Notes: generated by a model from the sequence alone, not told the origin. Shown: positions 18,848-28,643, counted from the stretch's first letter. The stretch is 64,000 bases of DNA from an uncultured Gammaproteobacteria bacterium (GCA_964641255.1 CAZXMM010000001.1:809890-873889); one strand, 5' to 3'. Numbers and translations are program-made.

Positions 18848-18957
18848 GAAATCGAATGGAGACTTTAGTTTTCAACTTATCAAACTCTTCAATCGTGGGC
18901 GCATCATTTCGAGATTCGCCAGATTGTCTATATCAGCCTCAAGTTTATGGTAAAACT

Positions 18958-19569
18958 CTACCTCTTCACTAATAAAAAGCTGGTACTGTTAGTTTTGTCA
19001 TCTTGCAGATTGTTGGCAATAATTTCTAAGCCGTACAAATCAGAAAGTCTTTTTGGCCCTAAGATCGCGGTTTCCCGTGCAATTTTCCCCCGTGACAAAA
19101 TATAGGCTGCCTTAGCAGTATCGATCAAATCCCCTTTTCCACTAACTTGCTTTAAATAGGGATATTTTTCCGCTAGGGTTGATTGGCACTGCCGAAATAC
19201 CTGGGGGTGAGCCATGATGGTTGTGATTTGGTCGTTAGACACCTCCTTCCTCTTCATCAGATAATGCTCAATAGGAATAGCCAGCTCCTCAACGATCTTA
19301 AATTTGTAATCTGCCATTGCTTCAATTGACTCAGTGACCATCCCTCCCACTGAGTTATGAATCGCAAACAGTCCAAAATCAATATTGCCTCGGTGTAGAT
19401 TCGAGAGAACTTTTCTGGAAGTATAAAGATATTTAATTTTGAACTTATTAATGTTTTTAGTTTTCAAATAGTGCAAAATGGCTTGCTCGTTAAAACTACC
19501 CACACCACCCTGGATACCAAATATTAACGTGGTGGGGTTGACTCTCTTCGGAAGTAGTTTGTTATCCAT
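18958..19569 (-). CDS. Prephenate dehydratase catalytic domain protein (no ACT domain)
   Basis: PDT-domain landmarks: GIQGGVGSFNEQA, IHNSVGGMVTESIE, AHPQVFRQC, NSTSFLLV. 203 aa, so the regulatory ACT domain is absent. Confidence 0.65.
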   Translation of the reverse strand: MDNKLLPKRVNPTTLIFGIQGGVGSFNEQAILHYLKTKNINKFKIKYLYTSRKVLSNLHRGNIDFGLFAIHNSVGGMVTESIEAMADYKFKIVEELAIPIEHYLMKRKEVSNDQITTIMAHPQVFRQCQSTLAEKYPYLKQVSGKGDLIDTAKAAYILSRGKIARETAILGPKRLSDLYGLEIIANNLQDDKTNSTSFLLVKR

Positions 19570-20396
19570 TAGTTAGCTTGCTCTTCTTCATGAATTGCTT
19601 TACCACTAGGCTGTTCCCCGTGAGAGTGGGGCACTAGTCCTAGGGTGACAAACATAATGATGATACCAACAATAAAAGGGATGACGGCAATGATGGGAGT
19701 TTTGCCTTGTAAGCTAATTTTAGGAACAAAGTCTGTAGCTGCCAAATAAAGAAACAGTCCTGCCGAGACCCCAAGAAGGAGGCCGATCTCTCTGCCCTCT
19801 TTAAGGAAAAGAACCACCAGTACTGCCCCGAGCACCGTGGCCAGGGCGGAAAGAACATTAATTAACAGAATATCTTTTCGTTTCCATTTGGCAGAGAGCA
19901 AAATTCCAAAATCACTAATCTCGTGAGGAACCTCGTGGAGAAAAGTTGACACCGCCGTAATCAGACCAAATCCCGGCATGACTAAGAAACTGCTAGCAAT
20001 GGCCACGCCATCAACAAAATTATGAATGGTGTCGCCGATGATAACCAGGGGAATGGCCCGAGGACTAAAATTGTGAGTGTGATCATCCCCATGATAGCTA
20101 TCCGGATGAGAAGAACTATGTTCGTGGTGATGGAGCTTGAATAAAACATTTTCAAAAATGTAGGCCCCGACAAAAGTAAACAGGGTGGCGGCAAAAGCGC
20201 TCTCCCCAACCAGATCGACCGCTTCTGGTAATAACCCCACTAAGGACACCGTCAGGAGAACTCCGGCAGAAAAAGGGATGGAGTATTCCTCGAGTTTTTC
20301 TGACCAGTCTTTCTTAAACAGTAAGGCCACCCCGCCAACCAATGCTATGATGCTGCCAAACAAAGACAGAGCGATAATTTGTAAGAATTCGGTCAT
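19569..20396 (-). CDS. ZIP family metal (zinc) transporter
   Basis: His-rich loop (HHHEHSSSHPDSYHGDDHTH) and the ZIP signature HNFVDGVAIA..HEVPHEISDF. Confidence 0.85.
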   Translation of the reverse strand: MTEFLQIIALSLFGSIIALVGGVALLFKKDWSEKLEEYSIPFSAGVLLTVSLVGLLPEAVDLVGESAFAATLFTFVGAYIFENVLFKLHHHEHSSSHPDSYHGDDHTHNFSPRAIPLVIIGDTIHNFVDGVAIASSFLVMPGFGLITAVSTFLHEVPHEISDFGILLSAKWKRKDILLINVLSALATVLGAVLVVLFLKEGREIGLLLGVSAGLFLYLAATDFVPKISLQGKTPIIAVIPFIVGIIIMFVTLGLVPHSHGEQPSGKAIHEEEQAN

Positions 20397-20427
20397 AACG
20401 ATTATCTAATTGTAATATAATCAATGG

Positions 20428-20817
20428 GTGCGCTACAACACGCTAACAGACGAAGAAAAAAGAGTAATTGAACAAAAGGGCACTGAGGGGCCTTTCAGTG
20501 GGGAGTATGACAATTTCTATAAAGACGGGGTCTACATCTGCAAGAGATGTAATAACCCGCTGTACTCCTCGCTAGCCAAATTTAACGCCCAGTGTGGCTG
20601 GCCCGCTTTTGACGATCACTTCCCTGGGGCTATTACTAGACTTCCCGATCCGGATGGCTACCGCATCGAAATTGAATGTGCCAATTGTGGGGCCCACTTA
20701 GGACACGTCTTTGAGGGTGAACGACTGACCGCCAAAAATACTCGCCACTGCGTTAACTCTCTGGCAATTCGGTTTATACCGAAGGGCATCCCCCTTATGG
20801 AGGTAATCCATGACTAA
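20428..20817 (+). CDS. msrB: Peptide methionine sulfoxide reductase MsrB (GTG start)
   Basis: CGWPAF, CxxC and RIEIECANCGAHLGHVF motifs. Confidence 0.9.
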   Translation: MRYNTLTDEEKRVIEQKGTEGPFSGEYDNFYKDGVYICKRCNNPLYSSLAKFNAQCGWPAFDDHFPGAITRLPDPDGYRIEIECANCGAHLGHVFEGERLTAKNTRHCVNSLAIRFIPKGIPLMEVIHD

Positions 20818-21361
20818 GGTAGAGGTAGCTACGCTGGCTGGCGGCTGCTTTTGGTGTACCGAGGCAATTTTCAAGCGGCTTAAAGGAGTGGTCAGCGTAA
20901 CCTCGGGATTTTCTGGTGGGAAAGGACCACCACCTAGCTATGAAAGTATTCATGAAAATCCGGGGGGATTTGCCGAGGCGATTCAAATAGAGTTTGACCC
21001 TCGGGTAATTTCTTTTACCACCATTCTTGATGTCTTTTGGCATACTCACAACCCCACCACCAGAAATCGCCAAGATTACGATGTGGGAGAAGAATATCGC
21101 TCAGCGATTTTTTATCACTCCCAAACCCAGCGACAAATTGCCCAAACACTGATGGAGCAACTTAACAGTTCCAAAGAGTTTACTGACCCGGTAGTCACGG
21201 AAATTTCTCCTTTTATCGGTTTCTTCCCGGCCGGTCCCGACCATAGGGACTTTTATGACCGTCACCGTCAGGTGCCGTTTTGCCAAATCATTACTGACCC
21301 GAAAATAAAAAAACTACTTAGAGACTACTCCTCCTGGATAAAAGAAGAATATTTGGAGTAA
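20810..21361 (+). CDS. msrA: Peptide methionine sulfoxide reductase MsrA
   Basis: Active-site GGCFWC near the N-terminus. 8-nt overlap with msrB. Confidence 0.9.
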   Translation: MTKVEVATLAGGCFWCTEAIFKRLKGVVSVTSGFSGGKGPPPSYESIHENPGGFAEAIQIEFDPRVISFTTILDVFWHTHNPTTRNRQDYDVGEEYRSAIFYHSQTQRQIAQTLMEQLNSSKEFTDPVVTEISPFIGFFPAGPDHRDFYDRHRQVPFCQIITDPKIKKLLRDYSSWIKEEYLE

Positions 21362-21380
21362 AGGAGTATTATTAGGGGTG

Positions 21381-22481
21381 ATGGGAGACTTTTATACTCA
21401 ACTTCTTAAACCCGTCCTCTTTAAATGTAATCCTGAGCTAGTTCATACTAGCGTGGTGCGCATTGGAGAAGGATTGGGAAAGTGCGGCCCCGCCAAGAAA
21501 CTCCTGCACCAAAAGTTGGTTCACCCCTCTCCCCTCATTAGTCAAAATTTGCTAGGTCACTTTTTTGCCTCACCCTTTGGGCTGTCAGCCGGATTTGACT
21601 ATGAGGCCAGGCTGACGCAAATTTTGCCTGCGTTAGGCTTTGGTTTTACCACTGTTGGCACTATTACTAATCTGCCTTACGGGGGTAACGCTGGACCCAT
21701 GCTGGGACGGCTGCCAAAATCAAAAGCGCTCATGGTCAATAAGGGCTTTAAAAACTTAGGAGCGGATAAAACCATCAGCCGACTCTCGGGCTTAACTTTT
21801 GAAGTACCCGTAGGTATTAGCATTGGCAGAACTAATTCAATTGCTCTTGCCACTCAAGCGCAAAGTATTACTGACATTGCTTTTGCCTTCACCAAATTTG
21901 AGGGGTCCTTGGTAAAACACACTCACTACGAACTTAACATCAGCTGTCCCAATCTGGTGGGAAGTGTCACCTTTTACCCACCCAAAAATTTGGAAGAACT
22001 ACTAAGGGTGGTTGATGGTTTACAGCTCTCTCGCCCTCTGCTAGTCAAAATGCCCATCGAAAAAAGCGATAAAGAGGTTTTAGCGATGCTGGCGGTTATT
22101 AGCGAGCACAGAGTGGCAGGAGTTATCTTTGGGAATTTACAAAAAGACCGCAGTCATCCAAGCCTTTTTCCCGATGAGGTAGCCAAGTTTCCTAAAGGCA
22201 ACTTCAGTGGCAAACCCACTTACGACCGGTCTAATGAGCTAATTTCCCTGGCTTACAAACACTATAGCGGACGGTTACTGATTGTGGGGTGTGGTGGGGT
22301 GTTTACTACCGAAGACGCCGTGGAAAAAATTCGCCGCGGCGCTAGCCTGGTGCAACTAATCACCGGCCTCATCTATAAAGGCCCACAACTAGTGTCACAA
22401 ATGAACAAAGAACTGGCACTCTACATTAAACGGGCTGGGTATAAAAGTATTACCGAGCTGGTCGGAACAAAACACTCCTAA
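21381..22481 (+). CDS. pyrD: Dihydroorotate dehydrogenase (class 2-like)
   Basis: FGLSAGFD..LGFGFTTVGTIT..GN..PMLGRL..NKGFKN.G and a C-terminal FMN-binding region (GCGGVFT). ATG at 21381. Confidence 0.8.
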   Translation: MGDFYTQLLKPVLFKCNPELVHTSVVRIGEGLGKCGPAKKLLHQKLVHPSPLISQNLLGHFFASPFGLSAGFDYEARLTQILPALGFGFTTVGTITNLPYGGNAGPMLGRLPKSKALMVNKGFKNLGADKTISRLSGLTFEVPVGISIGRTNSIALATQAQSITDIAFAFTKFEGSLVKHTHYELNISCPNLVGSVTFYPPKNLEELLRVVDGLQLSRPLLVKMPIEKSDKEVLAMLAVISEHRVAGVIFGNLQKDRSHPSLFPDEVAKFPKGNFSGKPTYDRSNELISLAYKHYSGRLLIVGCGGVFTTEDAVEKIRRGASLVQLITGLIYKGPQLVSQMNKELALYIKRAGYKSITELVGTKHS

Positions 22482-22525
22482 ATGATCTGATTCCTTTCCT
22501 CGTAGTAACGAGTTATCATACGCTC

Positions 22526-23113
22526 ATGCCTAAGGCGTATGTTCCCAATGACCGAGTAGCCAAAAGGGCCAGGTATCAAGGCTTCCGGGCTCGGTCGGTC
22601 TATAAGCTGGAGGAGCTAGATGAACGCTTCAATCTCTTACAGCTCGGTATGAAAGTCCTTGATCTGGGAGCCGCCCCCGGTAGCTGGCTCCAATATGCCA
22701 GTGAAAAGGTCGGGCCTTTTGGCCATATCCTGGGAATTGATCTAAAACCCATTGATCCAGTAAATGAAAATGTCACTACTGTTATTGGAGACCTAACTAA
22801 TCCTGAAGTAGTAAGCAAAGCGTTATTGGATTTGGGCTGGGACAAAGTAGATCTCCTTCTTTCCGATGTGGCCCCTTCAACAACTGGCATTCTTCATGTT
22901 GACCAAAAAAGAAGCGTTGATCTGGACCGGGCTATCTTTGAAATCGCCAAGAGATTTTTAAAACCTCAGGGGGTTCTTATCCTCAAAGTGTTTCAAGCCC
23001 AAGAATTTCAAATCTTTGTCAAAGAGCTGAAGCACTACTTTAAATACGTGGTTGTGGTTAAAGCAGACGCCAGTCGAGACCGCAGTCGCGAAGTCTATGT
23101 AGCCTGCTGCTAA
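22526..23113 (+). CDS. rlmE: 23S rRNA (uridine-2'-O)-methyltransferase RlmE/FtsJ
   Basis: RSVYKLEELDERF..VLDLGAAPGSWLQY..DLLLSDVAP is the FtsJ signature. Confidence 0.85.
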   Translation: MPKAYVPNDRVAKRARYQGFRARSVYKLEELDERFNLLQLGMKVLDLGAAPGSWLQYASEKVGPFGHILGIDLKPIDPVNENVTTVIGDLTNPEVVSKALLDLGWDKVDLLLSDVAPSTTGILHVDQKRSVDLDRAIFEIAKRFLKPQGVLILKVFQAQEFQIFVKELKHYFKYVVVVKADASRDRSREVYVACC

Positions 23114-23122
23114 ATTTTTAGT

Positions 23123-23779
23123 ATGGATACTACTCCTGACGCTTATAAAGTCGGGTGGATAGAATTTTTTGGAAAAAAATTTTGGGTTACTCCCGATGTA
23201 CTGATCCCCCGCCCGGAAACTACAATGCTAATCGATGCGGTGTGGAAACTGAGCCGCACTTCACCCAGTGATAAAGTCAGTATCATTGACGTGGGGACCG
23301 GCTCGGGAATACTGGCAGTAACTCTAGCGGGGCTTTTTCCATATGCCCAAGTTATCGCAATTGACATTTCAAAGGCTGCGCTAGCAGTAGCTAGAAAAAA
23401 CGCCAAGCTCCATAAAGTAGCAACCAAGATAACTTTTCTAAAGAGCGATTTGTTAACAGATATTAAGGAGCAGGTGGATATAATTGTGGCCAATCTCCCC
23501 TATATCCCCTCCGCTCGTATTGCCACTCTTGATCCTTCCGTTAAAGATCATGAACCCCACCTAGCACTTGATGGTGGTCCAGACGGTTTTAGCTACTACG
23601 AAAGACTTTTTGGTCAAATTAGAGACCGGAACCTTACCCCCAGTTATTTTTTTGGAGAAATCGATGACACCCAAGGAGAATTAGCCCGAGCCAGATGTCA
23701 CTTTTTCTTTCCCACAGCTCGTGCCCACATTACTAAAGACTTCTGGGGGCGAAACCGATTACTTACCATTGTTTTTTAG
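23123..23779 (+). CDS. prmC: Release-factor glutamine N5-methyltransferase PrmC/HemK (core domain only)
   Basis: VLIPRPETTML, VIDVGTGSGILAV and an NPPY-like motif (ANLPYIP). Confidence 0.7.
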   Translation: MDTTPDAYKVGWIEFFGKKFWVTPDVLIPRPETTMLIDAVWKLSRTSPSDKVSIIDVGTGSGILAVTLAGLFPYAQVIAIDISKAALAVARKNAKLHKVATKITFLKSDLLTDIKEQVDIIVANLPYIPSARIATLDPSVKDHEPHLALDGGPDGFSYYERLFGQIRDRNLTPSYFFGEIDDTQGELARARCHFFFPTARAHITKDFWGRNRLLTIVF

Positions 23780-23787
23780 TCATAATA

Positions 23788-24798
23788 ATGGTGACCAAGA
23801 AAAAAATAGTTACGATCGGCGGCGGGTCAGGTACACCAGTTTTAAACGAGGCTCTGATAAGAGCCGGGGCTAACTTTATTACCTCGATTGTCACCGTCAT
23901 GGATAGTGGCGGAATTACCGGCCGGATGCGCACGGACTCCTACGGTCAGGACGTAGCTTACAGTGATGGCCTAAGAACCCTGCTTTCACTCCTGCCCCCC
24001 AGCGGACCTCAGCAAAAACAGATAGCTAACTTAAAATCATTTTTACGGAAACGTAACGACCGGGAGCAGGATCTGGGCTACACTATTTTTTCTCATTACT
24101 TTTCTAAAGAGCGGGGCTTCCTTGATATCACGGAAATGCTAGAGAATCTTACCGGTTTAAAATTCTTAGGCCGCGTGCTGCCAGTAACCACTACGTCTAC
24201 ACAGATTATTTTTAAAACCCACTCTGGTCAGATCTTTGTCGGAGAACACGAACTAGATAACCGGCGAATGTCAGCCGATAAGGTGGCTAAAATTTGGCTG
24301 TCTCCCCAGCCGACTGGCTACCCCGAAGCGATTGCCGCTATCCAGTCGGCCGATCTGATTTTTTTCGCCTGTGGTAGCCTCCATGGCTCAATTCTTGTTA
24401 ACTTACTCCCCAAAGGGATTGGAGTAGCATTACAAAAAAGCGGGGCTAAAAAAATTCTCCTTACTAACCTAGCCAGTGCCAAAAACGAAACTGACCAATT
24501 TACTCCAACAGATTTTGTCAGCATATTTAGGCGCTACCTAAATATGGCTAAACCCCTAGACTACCTACTAATCCCCCATTTGTCACAAACGGCATTTACT
24601 CAGCGGTATCCAGAGGTGGCCCGAAAATACCTTTGGGAAAGTTCTCATTTTTTGGGTTGGGAAAAAGCCGATGTCGACTTAGCCTCTCGACTAGGAGTAA
24701 AAATTCTTACCCACCACGCAACCAGTATCGATAGGGTTTACCACCGTCTCCGTCACGATCCTAAACGGCTGGCAGCTAGTCTAAAGTATTTTTTATAA
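23788..24798 (+). CDS. YvcK/CofD-family protein (UPF0052, gluconeogenesis-factor-like)
   Basis: IVTIGGGSGTPVL..IVTVMDSGGITGRMR..DVAYSDGLRTLLSLL matches the CofD/YvcK signature. Confidence 0.7.
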   Translation: MVTKKKIVTIGGGSGTPVLNEALIRAGANFITSIVTVMDSGGITGRMRTDSYGQDVAYSDGLRTLLSLLPPSGPQQKQIANLKSFLRKRNDREQDLGYTIFSHYFSKERGFLDITEMLENLTGLKFLGRVLPVTTTSTQIIFKTHSGQIFVGEHELDNRRMSADKVAKIWLSPQPTGYPEAIAAIQSADLIFFACGSLHGSILVNLLPKGIGVALQKSGAKKILLTNLASAKNETDQFTPTDFVSIFRRYLNMAKPLDYLLIPHLSQTAFTQRYPEVARKYLWESSHFLGWEKADVDLASRLGVKILTHHATSIDRVYHRLRHDPKRLAASLKYFL

Positions 24799-24814
24799 TG
24801 TACAATCGTTTCGT

Positions 24815-25351
24815 ATGAAAGCGGTGATTGTTGCCTCAGAGAATCCAGTCAAAATTAAAGCGGTAGAAGGGGCTTTCCGAAAAATGTTCCCCCAAGAAAC
24901 TTTTACCTTTACTGGGGTAAAGGCTCTCTCCGGGGTGAGTGACCAACCCAAAAGCGATGCCGAAACCAAAGCGGGTGCTATTAACCGGGCCAAATATATA
25001 AAGCGGCGCCATCCTAAAGCCCACTATTGGGCTAGCATGGAGGGCGGCGTGGACTGGGAGGGCAAGGAAATGCGCAGTGTGGTATGGGTGGTTGTTTTAT
25101 CTAAAAATCAAAGAGGCCTAGGAAAAACGGCTTCTTTCACTATTCCTCCGCGAATAGCTAAACTAGTGCGCGGTGGCATGGAGCTGGGACTGGCCGATGA
25201 TAAAGTGTTTAACAGAAAAAATTCCAAACAACAAAATGGGGCGGCCGGCCTACTGACCAATAACGTCGTCACGAGGACTGATTTATACGAACAGGGGGTC
25301 ATTTTAGCCCTCATCCCCTTTCTCAACCCAAAACTCTACCCCAAGAGGTAA
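24815..25351 (+). CDS. yjjX: Inosine/xanthosine triphosphatase (YjjX family)
   Basis: VASENPVKIKAVEGAF..QP..GAINRA..MEGG..GAAGLLTNNVVTRTDLYEQGVILALIPFLNPKLY. Confidence 0.75.
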   Translation: MKAVIVASENPVKIKAVEGAFRKMFPQETFTFTGVKALSGVSDQPKSDAETKAGAINRAKYIKRRHPKAHYWASMEGGVDWEGKEMRSVVWVVVLSKNQRGLGKTASFTIPPRIAKLVRGGMELGLADDKVFNRKNSKQQNGAAGLLTNNVVTRTDLYEQGVILALIPFLNPKLYPKR

Positions 25352-25360
25352 AATGACTTC

Positions 25361-26131
25361 ATGGCACCAAACCGGGGATCAATTCCTTTAGCTCTGTTGT
25401 TTTTACTACTAGGCGGGTTTTTAGGACTGGTAGTGTTTTTTGCCTGGCCCCAAACCCCCACCCAATTAACCGGAGAAGCAGTGATCCAGGCACCTATCCC
25501 CGCCCCAGAGAGAGTACCAAGCGTTCCTAAAGACCAACCACTTCCCCAGCAGGTTCACCATGTGGTCCCCTTTACCTCTCAGTCCCCCTTTGGAGAATGG
25601 AGCGACCCTAGACAACAAGATGCCTGCGAAGAGGCGTCGGTTCTGATGGCAGTTAAATGGGCCAGAGGAGAAACTATTCTCTCCGCTCAGACTGCTAAAG
25701 ACGAGCTACTCACTATCGCTACTTTTCAAACAGAAAAGTATGGTGACAGTCGGGACACCTCGGCAGTAGACACCATTGAGCGCCTTCTTAAGGGCTACTA
25801 TTCTTACCAAAATGTAGAATTGAAAACAGATGTTACCCAGGAGGAACTCATTTCGGAGCTTGCTCACGGCAATCTCATCATTGTCCCGATGAACGGTCAA
25901 GCCCTGGGCAACCCCCACTTTACTGCTCCGGGGCCAGAGCGGCACATGGTTCTTCTTATTGGCTATGATTTGGAGAAGCAGGAATTTATTACTAACGACC
26001 CGGGAATTAGACAAGGAAAAAATTACCGCTATCCCTTTGCCACTTTTATGGCCGCTATTCGCGACTACGAAACCGGCTATCACTTACCCATCACCACAGT
26101 GAGGAAAAATGGCATTGTCGTTTACCCGTAA
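25361..26131 (+). CDS. Membrane-anchored peptidase C39-like domain protein
   Basis: N-terminal TM helix. SQSPFGEWSD...CEEASVLMAVKW resembles Peptidase_C39_2 papain-like domains. Low certainty. Confidence 0.45.
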   Translation: MAPNRGSIPLALLFLLLGGFLGLVVFFAWPQTPTQLTGEAVIQAPIPAPERVPSVPKDQPLPQQVHHVVPFTSQSPFGEWSDPRQQDACEEASVLMAVKWARGETILSAQTAKDELLTIATFQTEKYGDSRDTSAVDTIERLLKGYYSYQNVELKTDVTQEELISELAHGNLIIVPMNGQALGNPHFTAPGPERHMVLLIGYDLEKQEFITNDPGIRQGKNYRYPFATFMAAIRDYETGYHLPITTVRKNGIVVYP

Positions 26132-26152
26132 ACTTTGGTATGCTAAAGGCGT

Positions 26153-26338
26153 ATGGAGCTAAGTAGCAACTTTAAGTTAGTCCTAGTTCTCCTTTTTTTA
26201 GCTATTGGCCTAGCCGGACTCTACCTCTTTCGCCCCGTTATGTACACCAACAATGATACTAGTCCGAGTAAAGTAGCTAGTCCTAGCGGGGGCTTTAATC
26301 CCCCCGCTTCTGCATCGGGGCAAAATGATGTATACTAA
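26153..26338 (+). CDS. Small hypothetical membrane protein
   Basis: 61 aa with one TM helix (LVLVLLFLAIGLAGLYLF). Confidence 0.3.
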   Translation: MELSSNFKLVLVLLFLAIGLAGLYLFRPVMYTNNDTSPSKVASPSGGFNPPASASGQNDVY

Positions 26339-26358
26339 AAATTAGCCGATACGAAATT

Positions 26359-26913
26359 ATGAAAACTCTTCTTTTAGGAATCCTAACCTTGGCCACCATT
26401 GCTATTGCCGTGTTCTGTGGTTATCTCTATATGCAAAACCAAGCGCTCTTGCAAAGAGTGGAAGACGCTCAGAAGGTTCCCCAACCGCCAGTAGTTATTC
26501 AACAGGAAACTAACCCTAATCAGGGTAATGATCAGCCGCAAGTAGTGATTAACAATCCGCCGGCGGAAAATCCCGCCCCCTCGGAAAGACCCCCTATTAT
26601 CTTTACTCCTGGTGGGGCTTTTTCCGCTAACACAAAAAGTGAAATCCAAACAAAGATCATTGATCCTTTCATCGACTACTATGCTACTGACCAATATTTT
26701 AAAGTAGCTAGTATCGAGGTGTCTGAAAACACCCAAGCTTCCAAGACTACCTACCCCTATCTTTTCAGTGCTATCTCAAAAACCGGGGGCAACCAAGGAT
26801 TCGTCATTGGAAAAACCATTGACTGGTGGATTCCGGAGTGTATGGGGCCCTGTCCCCTAACTGAGGCCTTTAAGGCCAAATATCCGGAGATTGTCAAGAA
26901 ACTAGCTCCTTAA
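26359..26913 (+). CDS. Hypothetical membrane-anchored secreted protein
   Basis: N-terminal TM, Pro/Gln-rich linker, C-terminal CxxxC (WWIPECMGPC). Confidence 0.4.
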   Translation: MKTLLLGILTLATIAIAVFCGYLYMQNQALLQRVEDAQKVPQPPVVIQQETNPNQGNDQPQVVINNPPAENPAPSERPPIIFTPGGAFSANTKSEIQTKIIDPFIDYYATDQYFKVASIEVSENTQASKTTYPYLFSAISKTGGNQGFVIGKTIDWWIPECMGPCPLTEAFKAKYPEIVKKLAP

Positions 26914-27475
26914 CGACCGCTCGAACTTCTAAAATCCGCTGCGTTTCAAAACTGGGATTATCCCGGTACCATTTAATATTTAGTGGCGAGGGGTGGGGCA
27001 ATACCAAAGTTCTAGTCCCATTTATTTTCTGGTCATAAAACACGAGGGTTTTAAAATCGCGGTGGGGAAAGAAAAAATCCCCAGCCATTTTGCCGATGAG
27101 AATATAAAGTTTTGGTTTCACAATTGAAAGTTCCAGCGGTAACCATTTTCGAGCGAGGGCCAGTGACGGTCGGGCGTCCCCCCCGTGTTTAGCTTTGCCG
27201 GGGAAGTACATCCCCAAAGCAGTGAAATAAAAATTGTTCTGATTGTAGAACTCCTCTTTACTTAGTTGGTACCATTTGTCCCGTAGCTTTTGGCCACTTT
27301 TATCATCCCAAGGCCTACCAGATTTTACGCCCAAAAGGGAGGGAGCTTGTCCGATCTGGACGATTTTTGCCTTGGCACTGCCCCACGAATCTAAGATTTT
27401 ATCGTTACCCACTACCTGAGCCAGGGCCAAACGGTACTGTTGGCGAAATTCCCTAATATCCAAGTTAAAACTCAC
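26894..27475 (-). CDS. Uracil-DNA glycosylase superfamily protein
   Basis: GQAP (motif A-like) and a C-terminal LPHPSPLN (UDG motif B, HPSP). Confidence 0.55.
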   Translation of the reverse strand: MSFNLDIREFRQQYRLALAQVVGNDKILDSWGSAKAKIVQIGQAPSLLGVKSGRPWDDKSGQKLRDKWYQLSKEEFYNQNNFYFTALGMYFPGKAKHGGDARPSLALARKWLPLELSIVKPKLYILIGKMAGDFFFPHRDFKTLVFYDQKINGTRTLVLPHPSPLNIKWYRDNPSFETQRILEVRAVVKELVS

Positions 27476-28643
27476 TCACTCGGTGCCGAGCGCTTATATA
27501 AATTTTTGAAGCTAAAAGGAAACAGATGAGAAGAGTGCCTCCTCCGGCTAAAAACGGGGTCGGTAAAGACAAAGTGGCGACTATTCCCCCCACAATCGGG
27601 CCAAAGACTGTGCCCAGACTGATATAGGACATGTTTAGTCCCTGGATGGTCCCCTGCGATTTGGCGTCCACCTCTCTTGAGAGCAAGGTTTGAATCAGTG
27701 GGTTAACAAAAGCATTAGCGAGGGATAATAGAATTGACAGTAGTGTAAAGAAAATTAATTCGGTAGCAAAGAATAGTCCGCTAAAAGCCACGCTCATAGC
27801 CAAAACAGCAGTAACAAAAACCCGGGCTTCACTATAGCGTTTCATTACCCAGGGAATAATCAGGAGTTGGGAGATTAGCCCCACCAGACCAAAAATCGTA
27901 AAGTTTAGGGATATTTGACTGGCCGACAGATGGAGGATCTTCACCGAAAAAGGTTGGTAAGCAAAGATGAACATCCCAAAGGCAAACGAGACCAAAAAGG
28001 AAATCAGCAGGGTTTTGCCTATATTAGGATCGAAGAGAGAATGCCATAACTTGCTAAAGTCAATCAGCTTCTTCTTTTCCACTTGGCCAATATGCTGATT
28101 GGTCTCGGGAAGAAAAAGGGCGGTTACGAACACGGCCAATATTGTTATTGTCGCGGCAATTAAAAATGGTACCGTCGTGCCATACTGGAGAGTAAAGGCA
28201 GAAATTGCCGGTCCAAAGACAAATCCAAAACCAAAAGCCGCTCCGATGACCCCAAAACCGCGGGTCCGCTCCTTAGCGGTAGTCGTGTCGGAAATCACCG
28301 CTGAAGCGACGGGAATATTTCCGGCGGTAATTCCATCCAGCGCCCGAGCTAGAAAAAGAAAAATGGCACTGGGAGCAAAGGCCATCATTAAAAAAGAAAC
28401 GGCGGTACCAATCAAAGACAAAACTAGCAGTGGCTTTCGGCCGTATTTGTCAGACAGCCGGCCAATAATGGGGGTAGAAAAAAAGGCACACAAAGAAAAA
28501 AGGGCAAACAACAGGCCACTGTGAAAATCACTCAAACCAAAAGTCTGGTTGTAAGAATAAAGGATAGGAATGATAATGCCATAGCCTAGGGCGTTAACAA
28601 TAGCGATGAGCGCGATAATGAGAAAATTGCGGTTTCTTAGCAT
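27465..28643 (-). CDS. MFS family transporter
   Basis: 12 TM helices and the MFS signature GRLSDKYGRKPLL between TM2 and TM3. Confidence 0.8.
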   Translation of the reverse strand: MLRNRNFLIIALIAIVNALGYGIIIPILYSYNQTFGLSDFHSGLLFALFSLCAFFSTPIIGRLSDKYGRKPLLVLSLIGTAVSFLMMAFAPSAIFLFLARALDGITAGNIPVASAVISDTTTAKERTRGFGVIGAAFGFGFVFGPAISAFTLQYGTTVPFLIAATITILAVFVTALFLPETNQHIGQVEKKKLIDFSKLWHSLFDPNIGKTLLISFLVSFAFGMFIFAYQPFSVKILHLSASQISLNFTIFGLVGLISQLLIIPWVMKRYSEARVFVTAVLAMSVAFSGLFFATELIFFTLLSILLSLANAFVNPLIQTLLSREVDAKSQGTIQGLNMSYISLGTVFGPIVGGIVATLSLPTPFLAGGGTLLICFLLASKIYISARHRVSEF

